Shown here: positions 1 to 9,891 of the stretch, in pieces
How positions within the stretch are numbered: position 1 is the stretch's first letter
Layout: each line of letters begins with the position of its first letter
Assembly (NCBI GenBank): GCA_026395685.1
Contig: JAPLYG010000018.1
Span: 288-64,287, forward strand
Length of the DNA stretch: 64,000 nucleotides
Source of the DNA: Candidatus Parcubacteria bacterium
Lineage (GTDB): Bacteria > Patescibacteriota > Patescibacteriia > CAIXNZ01
Reading direction: 5' to 3'
Program-made: the position numbers and the translations under genes
The notes under the pieces: generated by a model
Seen by the model: the letters and a program-made list of their open reading frames with translations, nothing else
Databases searched by the model: none
What the model was told of the DNA's origin: nothing

Positions 1-532
1 TGCTTATTTTATTTTTTTCCTCTCGCGTCATCTCTGCGAAAGTTTTGGCAAATCCCCTGGGTTTAAAAATCGGATCCCAACCAAATCCGGTTTCACCGGT
101 CGGTTCGGCAATTTCGCCTTCTAAATCACCTTCAAAAAAATATATTTCCTGAGGATTTTTAGCATAGCCGATAATGGTCTTCGCCTGGGCTTTATAATTA
201 CCATATTTTCTTGCTATTTCAGCTAAGCCATTATTGCCAATAGTTTTTAAAAACCATTTAATAAGGGGACCGGGTAATCCATTCAGGCAATCCAGATAAA
301 GTGAAGTATCTTCAATTATGAATTCTCCTTTATGATTTTTAAGAGCTTCTAATAATTTTGCTTCAACTACTTTTCTGGCGTCAATTTCCTGGATTTCAGG
401 CAGGTCAATGTCCAATTGCTCAACGTCAGGAAGGATTGATTGTACCTCGTGTAATTTTCCTTTATTGCCCGTAATGAAATACATTTTTGGCCTTTTTTCT
501 TTTTTTTCAACTGGTAAGAGTTCTTTTGGCAT
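1..532 (-). CDS. Ham1/RdgB-family non-canonical purine NTP pyrophosphatase (3' end runs off window)
   Basis: Manual translation: MYFITGNKGKLHE...LPEIQE...IEDTSLYLDCLNGLPGPLIKWF...GFGWDPIFKP...TFAEM, Ham1 motifs; absent from ORF track because truncated. Confidence 0.9.
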   Translation of the reverse strand, partial: MPKELLPVEKKEKRPKMYFITGNKGKLHEVQSILPDVEQLDIDLPEIQEIDARKVVEAKLLEALKNHKGEFIIEDTSLYLDCLNGLPGPLIKWFLKTIGNNGLAEIARKYGNYKAQAKTIIGYAKNPQEIYFFEGDLEGEIAEPTGETGFGWDPIFKPRGFAKTFAEMTREEKNKIS

Positions 533-554
533 AAAATAGTATTAAATAGATCAA

Positions 555-938
555 TTAATTTTCATTTTGCCATAAACCATGGATATTACAATAAATTCTG
601 GCAATAATTTTTTCCGCCTTGACGCAGAATTCCGCTTCCGGAGCTTCACCCGGCTTTAAAAAAGTTTTATAACTTACGCCGTCAGCTAAAATTTCAATCC
701 ACTGGATATAATGTTCAGCCAGCATGGGGTGGGAAACTGAACCAACTTTAATTTTATAGCCAGCTTCAGCTTTTTCAATTACCGGCACATGCTTTTCCTT
801 ACCTTCGGTTTCTTTAGCTTTGGGTTCTAAGAGCTCCATGTTTTGTCCGCAGCAGACTAAGGTTCCGACGCCGGTATTTAGGACTTCAATAATATTGCCA
901 CAGACGGAACATTTGTAAATTTGGTTGGTTTGGGTCAT
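555..938 (-). CDS. dfx: Desulfoferrodoxin / superoxide reductase
   Basis: N-terminal CSVCGN...CCG desulforedoxin domain; EKHVP, HPM, HYIQWIE and CNIHGLW motifs. Confidence 0.95.
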   Translation of the reverse strand: MTQTNQIYKCSVCGNIIEVLNTGVGTLVCCGQNMELLEPKAKETEGKEKHVPVIEKAEAGYKIKVGSVSHPMLAEHYIQWIEILADGVSYKTFLKPGEAPEAEFCVKAEKIIARIYCNIHGLWQNEN

Positions 939-1179
939 AGGATTAAAAATATTAAAAGTAATATTAAGCGATAAGATATTGAATACATTAGAATCTTAGC
1001 ATAAAAAATAAAGAAAGTCTGTATCAAAAGCAGATTTAAGGATAATGGTTGACGGATTTGCTAATAAGTGTTATGATTTAGAATCAGTAAATGCTATTTT
1101 AGTAATTGTAAACTTGGGAATATTGCTTATTATTTCTAGACACTGCCAGCGCCAATGGGGCAAAAAGGGAGGATTTATT

Positions 1180-1773
1180 ATGGAATTTTTTCAGAGTGTG
1201 AAGTTACTTGAACAATTAGAACAAAGTGGGCTGGATTTGGATGTGTTGAAGTTGTTGCAAGACAATGAGCATCTGCGCGATCAAGTAATGAAAGCTGTTA
1301 GGGATAAGCAGAAGAAGATTAAGAACGGTGTCTTGTTTCTCAATACGCCTCATGAAATTACAGTTGATTACACTCAATCGCCTGAAGAAATGTGTCATGA
1401 TGCGAAGCTTTCGCCAGGGTGGTTTGATTTTTCAAAGTGTCGTGTGGATTCAGCTCGGGGGCAACAAAAATTTAAGGTATGTGCCCATGAGTTAGTTAAA
1501 AACATTCACCTTACAGAAGCCGCCCATTTTTTGAAAAGTCATTCCTTGACGCCGGCAAGCCTCGAACATTTGTTGGCATTCAAGAAAATATGTCCGCAAT
1601 TCGGCCACCCAGGTTTAATTGCAGCAGTCGGTACAAGCTTCGATAGAGGCTATGGTTATCCTTCATATCCATTTTTTCGATTTTTTGATGATGAAGAAGA
1701 GCTTGATACCACTGGACGGCTGGCTGTATCAGTCTATTGGCATGCCGGAAATCGCATATTAGCAATTTGCTAA
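1180..1773 (+). CDS. Hypothetical protein
   Basis: ORF; GGGAGG Shine-Dalgarno before ATG 1180; followed by terminator. Confidence 0.7.
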   Translation: MEFFQSVKLLEQLEQSGLDLDVLKLLQDNEHLRDQVMKAVRDKQKKIKNGVLFLNTPHEITVDYTQSPEEMCHDAKLSPGWFDFSKCRVDSARGQQKFKVCAHELVKNIHLTEAAHFLKSHSLTPASLEHLLAFKKICPQFGHPGLIAAVGTSFDRGYGYPSYPFFRFFDDEEELDTTGRLAVSVYWHAGNRILAIC

Positions 1774-1795
1774 TTGGTATCGTATAAAGAAATAT

Positions 1796-1832
1796 CCCCG
1801 AGGTATGAATTTTACCTCGGGGTTCTTATTTT
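1796..1832 (+). terminator. Intrinsic terminator
   Basis: CCCCGAGGTA/TACCTCGGGG stem then T-rich tail. Confidence 0.75.
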
Positions 1833-1880
1833 TAGGTTTGTTTAAAGAAGATGTTTTAATTAAGTTGTTTGGTCGTAAGT

Positions 1881-1916
1881 TTGTGCCGCAAAGCGGCATC
1901 CTGCTACGCGGGATAA
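1881..1916 (+). repeat. REP-like double-hairpin element, family A copy 1
   Basis: TTGTGCCGCAAAGCGGCATCCTGCTACGCGGGATAA; near-identical to 2867-2902. Confidence 0.85.
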
Positions 1917-1922
1917 AGTATT

Positions 1923-2849
1923 TCAGTCCTTTAACGCTTCACTTTTTTTAATTTCCCGATAGGACAAAAATAAAAATAAAAGCAGAATGACGGCGGTATT
2001 AAGTGTCGGCATCCAGAAAGGCACTTCTTGTCCAAAAGATTCTAAAATCATAATCGCGCCCAGCACGCCAATGGAATACATGGCTCCGTTTTTTAAATAA
2101 GCATATTTAGTAATGATATTTAAGCCATGGATGGTGAATTCTCTGACTACAAAGGCGCCGATGCCATTGCCGATTAAAATTAAAGGCACGGAAACAGTAA
2201 AGGCAAATGCGCCGATGACACCATCAATGGAAAATGAGGCATCAAGAATTTCCAAATATAAAATTTTGCTCCAAGCACTCATTCCCGGGTTTAAAAGTTG
2301 TTTTTCTTTCTCCTCGGCATTTTTCTTAAATCCGTCAGTTAAAAAGAAGGCTGACGCGCCGATTGAAGCCGACAGGGCTAAAAGGGGATTGATAATCAAA
2401 GAAGTATAAATAATGGCAGTCAGGGAAACAGAAGCCAGAAAATAAAACCAGATGCCTTGGCGATGAATGAATTTTTCAACTAGAAAGGCATACTTTTTTT
2501 CTTCTAAAAACAGCCAGGCTAAAGCCACAAAAAACAGATAAACACCGCCGCCTAAAAGCAGAAGGGGCTTTGATTGTTCCACGTATTGTTCGATTTTGGG
2601 ATCCTGGGAAAAAACAAAGGTAAAGACTTCGGTGACTGACAAAGCGGGATTAACCATCCAGACAATTAAAAAAGGCAATATGCCCCTGACAATAAAGACG
2701 GCAAAAATTAAGCCCCAAAAAAGAAAGAGCTTGCGATATTTTTCCGGCATTGTTTTGAGAACATGGGCATTGACTACGGCATTATCAACACTGCTGATAA
2801 TTTCAAACATGCACAAGCCGATGATGACGATAATGATGTTTAGAATCAT
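1923..2849 (-). CDS. DUF475 / TerC-like membrane protein
   Basis: EIISSVDNAVVNA and LYLEILDASFSIDGVIGAFAFT motifs, multiple hydrophobic segments. Confidence 0.85.
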   Translation of the reverse strand: MILNIIIVIIGLCMFEIISSVDNAVVNAHVLKTMPEKYRKLFLFWGLIFAVFIVRGILPFLIVWMVNPALSVTEVFTFVFSQDPKIEQYVEQSKPLLLLGGGVYLFFVALAWLFLEEKKYAFLVEKFIHRQGIWFYFLASVSLTAIIYTSLIINPLLALSASIGASAFFLTDGFKKNAEEKEKQLLNPGMSAWSKILYLEILDASFSIDGVIGAFAFTVSVPLILIGNGIGAFVVREFTIHGLNIITKYAYLKNGAMYSIGVLGAIMILESFGQEVPFWMPTLNTAVILLLFLFLSYREIKKSEALKD

Positions 2850-2866
2850 GGTTGTATGTTGTTAGG

Positions 2867-2902
2867 TTGTGCCGCGGAGCGGCATCCCGCTACGCGGGAT
2901 AA
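2867..2902 (+). repeat. REP-like double-hairpin element, family A copy 2
   Basis: TTGTGCCGCGGAGCGGCATCCCGCTACGCGGGATAA. Confidence 0.85.
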
Positions 2903-2915
2903 AGTTGTAGAGTTA

Positions 2916-3878
2916 TCAAGGTTGTAGAATATCCTCGGTCCTTCCGTCAATTGAAATCGCCACATCTTTAACTGTCGGGAATTGTTTCAATGTCTCCCTT
3001 ATTTGGCTGGCAATGGCGGCCACTCGGCAAGAACCGCCGACCTGAAATTCTAGCTGGCTATTAAAATCAGCATATGCAACGCCGTCTTTTATTGTCACTT
3101 TATTCAAGCTAACGCCTGAATTGATTGAGGTAAAATATTTTTGCGTTAATTCATCTTCAGTCGGGCCTTTTAGGAGCTCTTCCAGGGATGCTTTGGCTGT
3201 GGTGACTGTTTTAGCAATAATGCGGTCAACCGGATAGACTAAGGAACAGTCCATTGCCCCCGGATTTTTCAATTCATTGCCGAAAAATACTTTCAGGGTC
3301 AGAGTTTCAGTCTTTTGAATTTTAACGGGAATTTCAAATTTCTCATCAAGTTCACGCAAATCCGAAGGATTGTCTTTCATAAAAACTAAAGTCCCGTTTT
3401 GATCTTTGGGAGAAATAAAGTTTAATTCAGCTTTAAAAGGCACCCAATTTTCAGTCATCCAGTCACTTTGGGCTGTGGCATAATGAGCAACCAGCACTTT
3501 GCCGTTTTCATCCAATAAAGTTACAGGAAAACTTCCTTCAAAGTACCAGAGCCTGGCAGAGCCGGTTATTGTCAGGGGAGTGGTGATAGTATCGCCAGCC
3601 TTGATATTGTCTATTCTTACATTAACTTCTTCAGGTATGGTATTTGTATTATTATTAGCATTTACATTCGCGTTATTATTATCGTTATAGTTATTGTTCG
3701 CAACAACTCCGCATCCAGTCGTAGGCATCGCGGCAGAAGGATTGCCGTGCTTGAGCCATTGGCCATTACTGCAGTCCCAGGAATCTTCAGTGGATAATTT
3801 TAAATAAGCAACCGAACCAATCGCAATGACAGCCAAAACAATTAAAATAATTGTGACGATTTGGAGTTGTTTGGACAT
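2916..3878 (-). CDS. Membrane-anchored Gmad2 Ig-like + GerMN domain protein
   Basis: N-terminal TM; PLTITGSARLWYFEGSFPV (Gmad2-like); LEELLKGPT...GGSCRVAAIASQIRETLKQFPTV (GerMN-like). Confidence 0.8.
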   Translation of the reverse strand: MSKQLQIVTIILIVLAVIAIGSVAYLKLSTEDSWDCSNGQWLKHGNPSAAMPTTGCGVVANNNYNDNNNANVNANNNTNTIPEEVNVRIDNIKAGDTITTPLTITGSARLWYFEGSFPVTLLDENGKVLVAHYATAQSDWMTENWVPFKAELNFISPKDQNGTLVFMKDNPSDLRELDEKFEIPVKIQKTETLTLKVFFGNELKNPGAMDCSLVYPVDRIIAKTVTTAKASLEELLKGPTEDELTQKYFTSINSGVSLNKVTIKDGVAYADFNSQLEFQVGGSCRVAAIASQIRETLKQFPTVKDVAISIDGRTEDILQP

Positions 3879-3926
3879 AAGTTTAAAAATTAGGTTATAT
3901 TATGTTTTATTAGGTTAGATGAAGTT

Positions 3927-3962
3927 TTATTCCGCGATCCGGAATGCCACTCCGTGGCATAA
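3927..3962 (-). repeat. REP-like double-hairpin element, family A copy 3 (inverted, diverged)
   Basis: Reverse complement TTATGCCACGGAGTGGCATTCCGGATCGCGGAATAA aligns without gaps to copy 2, with compensatory changes. Confidence 0.75.
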
Positions 3963-4019
3963 GGTTGCTGTAAAAATTTATTTGATAGATTTTTCCCAGT
4001 TATAAACAAGTGTCAATGA

Positions 4020-4550
4020 TTATTTATCAGATTTTGTCTGGGATAATACTTTATTAATAAATTCTATCTTTTCTTTATAATAGGCTCTGACATTTTTGCC
4101 AGAGGCATTTTCTTTTAATTTTCGATATTCATCTAGCATAGAATGATTTGCCAACAATAGTTCATTAAATTTTTCACTATCTATCCACCCGTTGTCATTT
4201 TGGTTGATTACAAAAATATCAATATGTTTGCCATCGATTGAAGTTACAAATCGGGCTCGCTTCAAAGGGTAATTGCTCCTTGGATTACCAAATAGATTAG
4301 CAATATGATTGACTATGCGATCGAATTCTTCACTCAAAACGGGAATATATATATCAATTTCATCTTGGCCAGATATTTTTAAACTACTAGCACCGCGATG
4401 TTCAACAGCCTGTAGTTGGCCAAGAAGATCCTGAATTTGTTTTTTAATTTGTAAAAATTTGTTTTCACAAGTCGGATCCCAAGGCACAATAGTAACTGTT
4501 TCAGTATCGCTAAGATGGTCAAGCCATTGTTGTTGTTCTGTGGTAATCAT
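4020..4550 (-). CDS. GrpB/UPF0157 nucleotidyltransferase-like protein
   Basis: VEHRGASSL..SGQDEIDI, HIDIF, EYRKLK...YYKEKIEFI pattern. Confidence 0.75.
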   Translation of the reverse strand: MITTEQQQWLDHLSDTETVTIVPWDPTCENKFLQIKKQIQDLLGQLQAVEHRGASSLKISGQDEIDIYIPVLSEEFDRIVNHIANLFGNPRSNYPLKRARFVTSIDGKHIDIFVINQNDNGWIDSEKFNELLLANHSMLDEYRKLKENASGKNVRAYYKEKIEFINKVLSQTKSDK

Positions 4551-4563
4551 ATGTTTGTGATAT

Positions 4564-4618
4564 TCGGGCTAGTGGGACTTGCCCGCCAGAGGCGGGTCCG
4601 CCCTTGGCGGAAACCCAC
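4564..4618 (-). pseudogene. Duplicated 3' end of tRNA-Pro interrupted by a 30-bp double hairpin
   Basis: 4564-4581 and 4612-4618 match tRNA 4631-4655; insert at 4582-4611. Confidence 0.85.
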
Positions 4619-4630
4619 CGATTTTGATTT

Positions 4631-4703
4631 TCGGGCTAGTGGGACTTGAACCCACGGCCTCATGCACCCCATGCATGCGCGCTACCAACTGCGCTATAGC
4701 CCG
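4631..4703 (-). tRNA. tRNA-Pro(GGG), CCA not encoded
   Basis: CGGGCTATAGCGCAGTTGGTAGCGCG-CATGC-ATGGGGT-GCATG-AGGCCGTGGGTTCAAGTCCCACTAGCCCGA cloverleaf. Confidence 0.95.
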
Positions 4704-4762
4704 TCGGGATATATATATATATATTACTTTAAAATGACCTTAAAATCAAGGCTTTACCAGCC

Positions 4763-4793
4763 AAAAAACCTCCCGCAACGCGGGAGGTTTTTT
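4763..4793 (-). terminator. Intrinsic terminator (bidirectional shape)
   Basis: AAAAAACCTCCCGC-AAC-GCGGGAGGTTTTTT. Confidence 0.8.
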
Positions 4794-4806
4794 GTATGAG
4801 AACAGT

Positions 4807-4953
4807 TTATTTGGCTGCGCCGATTTTGAACATTTTGGTGCCACAGTCAGGGCAAGTGCCGGTAACCGCTGGTCTGCCGTTTTTCATCTTTATTTCCTGA
4901 GCATCTTTCATCTCTTTTTTAGCTTTACATTTAACGCAATAAGCTTGAGTCAT
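4807..4953 (-). CDS. Small zinc-ribbon protein, DUF5679-like (48 aa)
   Basis: Manual translation MTQAYCVKCKAKKEMKDAQEIKMKNGRPAVTGTCPDCGTKMFKIGAAK. Confidence 0.85.
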   Translation of the reverse strand: MTQAYCVKCKAKKEMKDAQEIKMKNGRPAVTGTCPDCGTKMFKIGAAK

Positions 4954-5010
4954 ACAAGGTTTTAGAGTTAATAATTATCCTTCGACTATGTCTGATTAAA
5001 AATCAAACAA

Positions 5011-5187
5011 TTATCTTGCGACTTTAGATTTTGTACGCAAACAGCTGGTGCAGATTTTTGTTTTTTTACCGTCGATTTTCTTGGTCTGCAAGTTTAAATA
5101 TTTTTTTGTTAAGGTTTTGATGTTGGAATGGCTTCGGCTGGCACTTGATAAGGGGCCGCGGCCACAGATTTCACAAGTTCTGCTCAT
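5011..5187 (-). CDS. rpmB: 50S ribosomal protein L28
   Basis: Manual translation MSRTCEICGRGP...RSHSNIKT...NLQ...ICTSCLRT. Confidence 0.92.
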   Translation of the reverse strand: MSRTCEICGRGPLSSASRSHSNIKTLTKKYLNLQTKKIDGKKTKICTSCLRTKSKVAR

Positions 5188-5312
5188 AATGGTATGATGT
5201 TAATAATTGTTAGTTCAGCCACGGAAATATAATCACGCTTAAGGATTATCAGGTGACCTAATTAATGAATGAATTAAGTTTAGCATAAAATATTAATATA
5301 ATCAAGCTTTGT

Positions 5313-5945
5313 ATGAATTTAGACCCGATTTTATTGGTAGTAAATTTTATTGCTTTTTTCTTGGCTTTAACTGTCCATGAATTTTCGCACGCCTTGGTTG
5401 CCTACTTATATGGCGATAAAACAGCTGCTTATGAAGGACGGTTAACTTTGAATCCGATTGCGCATATTGATTTGTTTGGTACCATCTTATTGCCCTTATT
5501 ATTGATTATCAGCCAGACAGGTATTGTCTTTGGCTGGGCCAAGCCCGTACCGGTTAATTATTATAATCTTAAAAATCAGAAATGGGGGCCTGCCATAGTT
5601 TCCTTGGCTGGACCGGCTGCTAATTTAGTTTTTTTAATATTTTCTTTAATTTTATGGAATCTAAATAAATACTATTTAATGCTGCCCCAGGAAAATTTAT
5701 TGGTGCAGTTCGTATCCCTGCTCATTATCGTGAATTCAATTTTAATGATATTCAACCTATTGCCTATATTCCCGTTAGACGGTTCCAAATTGTTATTTGC
5801 CATTTTACCCGATAGATATGAGAATTTTAAGATTTTTTGGGAACGCAATGGTGTTTTGTTCTTAATTATTCTGATGATTTTTGGTTCTGGGTTTCTGAAC
5901 CTGCTTTTCGGCTTATTTTTAGGCTTGCTAACTCCTTTCATGTAA
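5313..5945 (+). CDS. Site-2 protease, M50 family
   Basis: HEFSH, GRLTLNPIAHID, AGPAAN, FNLLPIFPLDG. Confidence 0.93.
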   Translation: MNLDPILLVVNFIAFFLALTVHEFSHALVAYLYGDKTAAYEGRLTLNPIAHIDLFGTILLPLLLIISQTGIVFGWAKPVPVNYYNLKNQKWGPAIVSLAGPAANLVFLIFSLILWNLNKYYLMLPQENLLVQFVSLLIIVNSILMIFNLLPIFPLDGSKLLFAILPDRYENFKIFWERNGVLFLIILMIFGSGFLNLLFGLFLGLLTPFM

Positions 5946-6070
5946 GATCCTTGACTTTTAAGCGATAAACCGATAGAATAAGAATGCAATTAGCCTAATA
6001 AGCTAATTTTTCATTTTTAATTATCAGCGCGGCTAAAGGTTAACAGACTTTAGCGCCTAATTTTTTAGTT

Positions 6071-6496
6071 ATGCCGACAATTAATCAGCTAGTTAGAAAG
6101 AGTAGAAATTTAACAAAAAAGAAATCTAAAACTCCGGCTTTAGAGAGTGTTTTTAATACAATTACCAGAAAAGCGAAAAAACTAGATTCAGGCAGCCCCT
6201 TTAAAAGGGGGGTATGTTTGAAGGTAACAACTACGACTCCGAAAAAACCTAACTCTGCTTTGCGTAAAATTGCCAGGGTCCGTCTTTCAAATGGCATGGA
6301 AGTAACTGCCTATATTCCGGGAGAAGGCCATAATTTGCAGGAACATTCAATTGTGATGCTGCGCGGGGGCAGGGTAAAAGATCTGCCAGGTGTACGTTAT
6401 CATATTATTCGTGGCCGTTATGATACTCAGGGTGTTGAAAATAGACGAAAAGGCAGATCACTTTATGGCCAGAAACGCCCTAAGGACAAAAAGTAA
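6071..6496 (+). CDS. rpsL: 30S ribosomal protein S12
   Basis: [32 protein letters not shown]. Confidence 0.99.
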   Translation: MPTINQLVRKSRNLTKKKSKTPALESVFNTITRKAKKLDSGSPFKRGVCLKVTTTTPKKPNSALRKIARVRLSNGMEVTAYIPGEGHNLQEHSIVMLRGGRVKDLPGVRYHIIRGRYDTQGVENRRKGRSLYGQKRPKDKK

Positions 6497-6588
6497 GTCT
6501 AAAGGCTAGATTTTAAATTCTAAATTTAGGAAGATAATTAATTATAAAACTTTATAAACTTTCTACTTTATAACTTTTAACTAATTTT

Positions 6589-7059
6589 ATGAGAGGTAAA
6601 CAAGCACCAAAAAGACCCAGCCAACCAGATGCAAAATTTAAAAATGCTCAAATCGGTAAATTTATTAATTATTTAATGCGCCGAGGCAAAAAATCAGTTG
6701 CTCAAAATGTTGTTTATGATTGCTTTGCCATTATTTCAGAAAAAACCAAGCAGGACGCCATGGAAGTTTTTGATACTGCAATCAGGAATGTCGGACCCTC
6801 TTTAGAGGTTAGAGGACGCAGAATCGGAGGTGCAAATTATCAGATTCCTTTTCCGGTAAGAGTAGAACGACGCTATAATCTGGCTTGTCGTTGGATTATT
6901 GACTCAGCTAATAAAAGAAAAGGCAGATCAATGGCTGAAAAATTAGCTCAAGAAATTATAGATGCCGCCAATAGCCAGGGTGAAGCGTTTAAAAAGAAAG
7001 TTGACGCCCATAAAATGGCTGATGCAAATCGCGCGTTTGCCCATTTTGCCCGCTACTAA
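6589..7059 (+). CDS. rpsG: 30S ribosomal protein S7
   Basis: RRIGGANYQIP, HKMADANRAFAHF. Confidence 0.99.
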   Translation: MRGKQAPKRPSQPDAKFKNAQIGKFINYLMRRGKKSVAQNVVYDCFAIISEKTKQDAMEVFDTAIRNVGPSLEVRGRRIGGANYQIPFPVRVERRYNLACRWIIDSANKRKGRSMAEKLAQEIIDAANSQGEAFKKKVDAHKMADANRAFAHFARY

Positions 7060-7196
7060 ATCAAATAATCAATAAACAATAATCAATAAACAAACAAACT
7101 GTTTATAATTACTAATTTCTAAATTCTAAAATTTAGCATTTGAATTTGGGAATTTGATATTGTTTGATGATTGTTGCTTGATTATTGGTAATTTAA
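7058..7196. repeat. AT-rich ~130-bp imperfect inverted repeat, family D (also 33297-33426, 47244-47371, 49957-50079)
   Basis: AATAATC/AATCAAT-like ~7-mers in a G-poor left arm; TTGATGA/TTGATTA-like units in a C-poor right arm. Confidence 0.7.
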
Positions 7197-7226
7197 TTTA
7201 AATTTTATACTTAAAACTTTTTATTT

Positions 7227-9302
7227 ATGCCTCGTGAATATTCTCTAGACAAAACAAGAAATATAGGGATTATGGCCCACATTGACGCCGGTAAGACAAC
7301 TGTTACCGAGCGTGTTTTATTTTATACCGGTAAAAAGCATAAAATAGGAGAAGTTCATGAAGGCGCCGCTGAAATGGACTGGATGGAACAGGAAAAAGAA
7401 AGGGGTATTACCATTACTGCCGCTGCTACCACCTGTTTTTGGAAAGACAATCGCATTAATATTATTGATACTCCCGGCCATGTAGATTTTACAGTGGAAG
7501 TAGAAAGATCTTTACGCGTATTGGACGGCGCAGTTGCTGTTTTTGACGGCTCTCAGGGCGTAGAACCTCAGTCTGAAACTGTTTGGCACCAGGCTGCCAA
7601 ATATGATGTTCCTAGGATTGCTTTTGTTAATAAAATGGATAAAATGGGCGCAGATTTCTATATGACGCTGGATTCAATCGCGGAACGTTTATCCCTCAAC
7701 GCGGCTGCTATTCAACTGCCAATTGGTGCGGAAGAAACATTTAAAGGTTTAGTTGACTTATTAGACAGAAAAGCATTCTTATTTGAAGGCGAGTATGGCC
7801 AAAATATTAAAGAAATTCCAATCCCTGATGATATGAAAGAACAGGTGGAAAAATTTCGGAAAATTTTATTGGAAAAAGTAGCTGAAAATGATGAAGATTT
7901 AATGAATAAATATCTGGCTGGAGAAGAATTAGAAATTAGTCAGATTAAGCAGGTAATAAGAAAGGCTACAATCACTAATGATTTTCATCCGGTTTTATGC
8001 GGTTCAGCTTTAAAAAATATTGGCGTGCAGATGATGCTCGATGCTGTTGTTGCTTATTTGCCCTCGCCTTTAGATATTCCTCCGGTTAAAGGAAAAAATC
8101 CTGATACTGAAGCAGAGGAAATACGTAAAGCTTCTGACGATGAACCATTTGCCGCCTTAGCTTTCAAACTGGCAACTGATCCTTTTGTTGGTAAATTAGT
8201 TTTCTTTCGTGTATATTCCGGTAGTTTAAAAGCAGGTTCTTATGTCTTAAATGCCAAAACAGGCAGTAAAGAGCGAATCGGCCGTATTGTACGTCTGCAC
8301 GCTAATTCCCGCGAAGATGTTGATGAAGTTTTTTCCGGAGAAATCGCAGCTGCAATTGGTTTGAAAAATACTGTTACCGGTAATACTTTATGTGACGAGA
8401 AGGCGCCCATTATTTTGGAAGAAATTATTTTCCCGGAACCGGTCATTTCAGTGGCGATTGAACCAAAAACCAAGGTTGATCAGGAAAAGATGGGTATGGC
8501 AATGCAGAAATTGGCTGAAGAGGATCCTACTTTTAGAATCCATACTGACGAAGAAACTCTGCAGACAATTATTGAAGGCATGGGCGAATTACATCTTGAT
8601 ATTATTGTTGATCGCATGAAAAGGGAATTTAAAGTTGAAGCCAATGTCGGTGCGCCGCAAGTAGCTTATAAAGAAACAATTAAAGCAGCAGCTGAAGCTG
8701 AAGGAAAATATATTAAACAATCTGGCGGACGAGGACAATATGGCCATTGCTGGATTAAAGTTGAACCGAGAGAAAGAGGTGCAGGCTTTGAATTTGTTGA
8801 TGAAATTAAAGGCGGTCTCATCCCCCGGGAATTTATTCCTGCTATTGAGAAAGGCATAAAAGAATCATTAACCAAGGGTATTTTGGCAGGTTATCCGGTT
8901 GTCGATGTTAAGGCTATCGTTTTTGATGGTTCTTATCATGATGTCGATTCGTCTGAAGTAGCTTTCAAAATTGCAGGTTCAATGGCTTTTGTTGAAGCAG
9001 CAAAAAAAGCTAAGCCAGTTATTTTGGAACCGATAATGAAAATTCAGGTAATTACTCCGGAGCAATTCATGGGAGATGTCATCGGTGATTTGAATTCCAA
9101 ACGCGCCCAGATTTCTCAGATGACTGATAAGGTCAAATTGAAAGTGATTGATGGTCAAGTCCCATTATCTGAAATGTTTGGTTATGCTACTTCGTTGCGG
9201 TCATTGACACAGGGTCGCGCAAATTATGTAATGGAATTTTCTCATTATGCCGAAACCCCGAGCAATATAACCCAGAAAATTATTGAAGGGAAGAAAAAAT
9301 AG
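7227..9302 (+). CDS. fusA: Elongation factor G
   Basis: [32 protein letters not shown]. Confidence 0.99.
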   Translation: MPREYSLDKTRNIGIMAHIDAGKTTVTERVLFYTGKKHKIGEVHEGAAEMDWMEQEKERGITITAAATTCFWKDNRINIIDTPGHVDFTVEVERSLRVLDGAVAVFDGSQGVEPQSETVWHQAAKYDVPRIAFVNKMDKMGADFYMTLDSIAERLSLNAAAIQLPIGAEETFKGLVDLLDRKAFLFEGEYGQNIKEIPIPDDMKEQVEKFRKILLEKVAENDEDLMNKYLAGEELEISQIKQVIRKATITNDFHPVLCGSALKNIGVQMMLDAVVAYLPSPLDIPPVKGKNPDTEAEEIRKASDDEPFAALAFKLATDPFVGKLVFFRVYSGSLKAGSYVLNAKTGSKERIGRIVRLHANSREDVDEVFSGEIAAAIGLKNTVTGNTLCDEKAPIILEEIIFPEPVISVAIEPKTKVDQEKMGMAMQKLAEEDPTFRIHTDEETLQTIIEGMGELHLDIIVDRMKREFKVEANVGAPQVAYKETIKAAAEAEGKYIKQSGGRGQYGHCWIKVEPRERGAGFEFVDEIKGGLIPREFIPAIEKGIKESLTKGILAGYPVVDVKAIVFDGSYHDVDSSEVAFKIAGSMAFVEAAKKAKPVILEPIMKIQVITPEQFMGDVIGDLNSKRAQISQMTDKVKLKVIDGQVPLSEMFGYATSLRSLTQGRANYVMEFSHYAETPSNITQKIIEGKKK

Positions 9303-9340
9303 GAACCACGGATTTTGTTCACTGATAACACTGATATACG

Positions 9341-9371
9341 AAAACACGCCTAAGTAATTGGGCGTGTTTTT
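9341..9371 (+). terminator. Intrinsic terminator after fusA
   Basis: AAAACACGCC/GGCGTGTTTTT stem. Confidence 0.8.
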
Positions 9372-9441
9372 GATGGGGGCTGATTGACAATATCGGAACC
9401 ATTTGTTAAGTTAATATCAAAATTGAAAAGGAGGGACAAAA

Positions 9442-9825
9442 ATGTCCGAAAAACAAGTTTCTTTTTGGCAGACAGCGACAAATGTAGAAAAGATTATCAA
9501 TTCAATTTTAACTCTCATTCTGAATCTTAAAGGACAGCTCATCCCCAACCATCCGTCAGCGATCTATCTGGTTTTTCCTCCGAATGAGCCTAAAAAGGCA
9601 GATCTGTACTTTTCTCCGCAGGCCAAGCTTCAACAGGAGGCGGATATTCTTTTGAGAAGAATCGAGCTGCCGGAAGGCATTTTGATAAATGAGCTTTTAG
9701 GCCTAGCCTCAGTAAGGCTTAATCAACTGTTGCAAGTATACTACAGTCCTAGCAGAAGCATATATTTGCTGGAAACTGAATACCGTGAAGGCGGTCTGAT
9801 GATTAATATGATTAGGAAAGGTTAA
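9442..9825 (+). CDS. Hypothetical protein
   Basis: Own promoter (TTGACA 9384, 17 bp, TAAGTT), AAGGAGG SD, terminator at 9835-9862. Confidence 0.7.
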   Translation: MSEKQVSFWQTATNVEKIINSILTLILNLKGQLIPNHPSAIYLVFPPNEPKKADLYFSPQAKLQQEADILLRRIELPEGILINELLGLASVRLNQLLQVYYSPSRSIYLLETEYREGGLMINMIRKG

Positions 9826-9891
9826 TTGTTTTTCAACCACCCAAAAAGGGGTGGTTTTATTTATGGCCGCAATATTTTGTATTTTGTACTA

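Noticed and set aside
1881-4618. Integron or prophage integrated at tRNA-Pro
   Set aside because: No integrase or phage genes; the tRNA duplicate is only 12 bp from the tRNA; repeats lack attC ends
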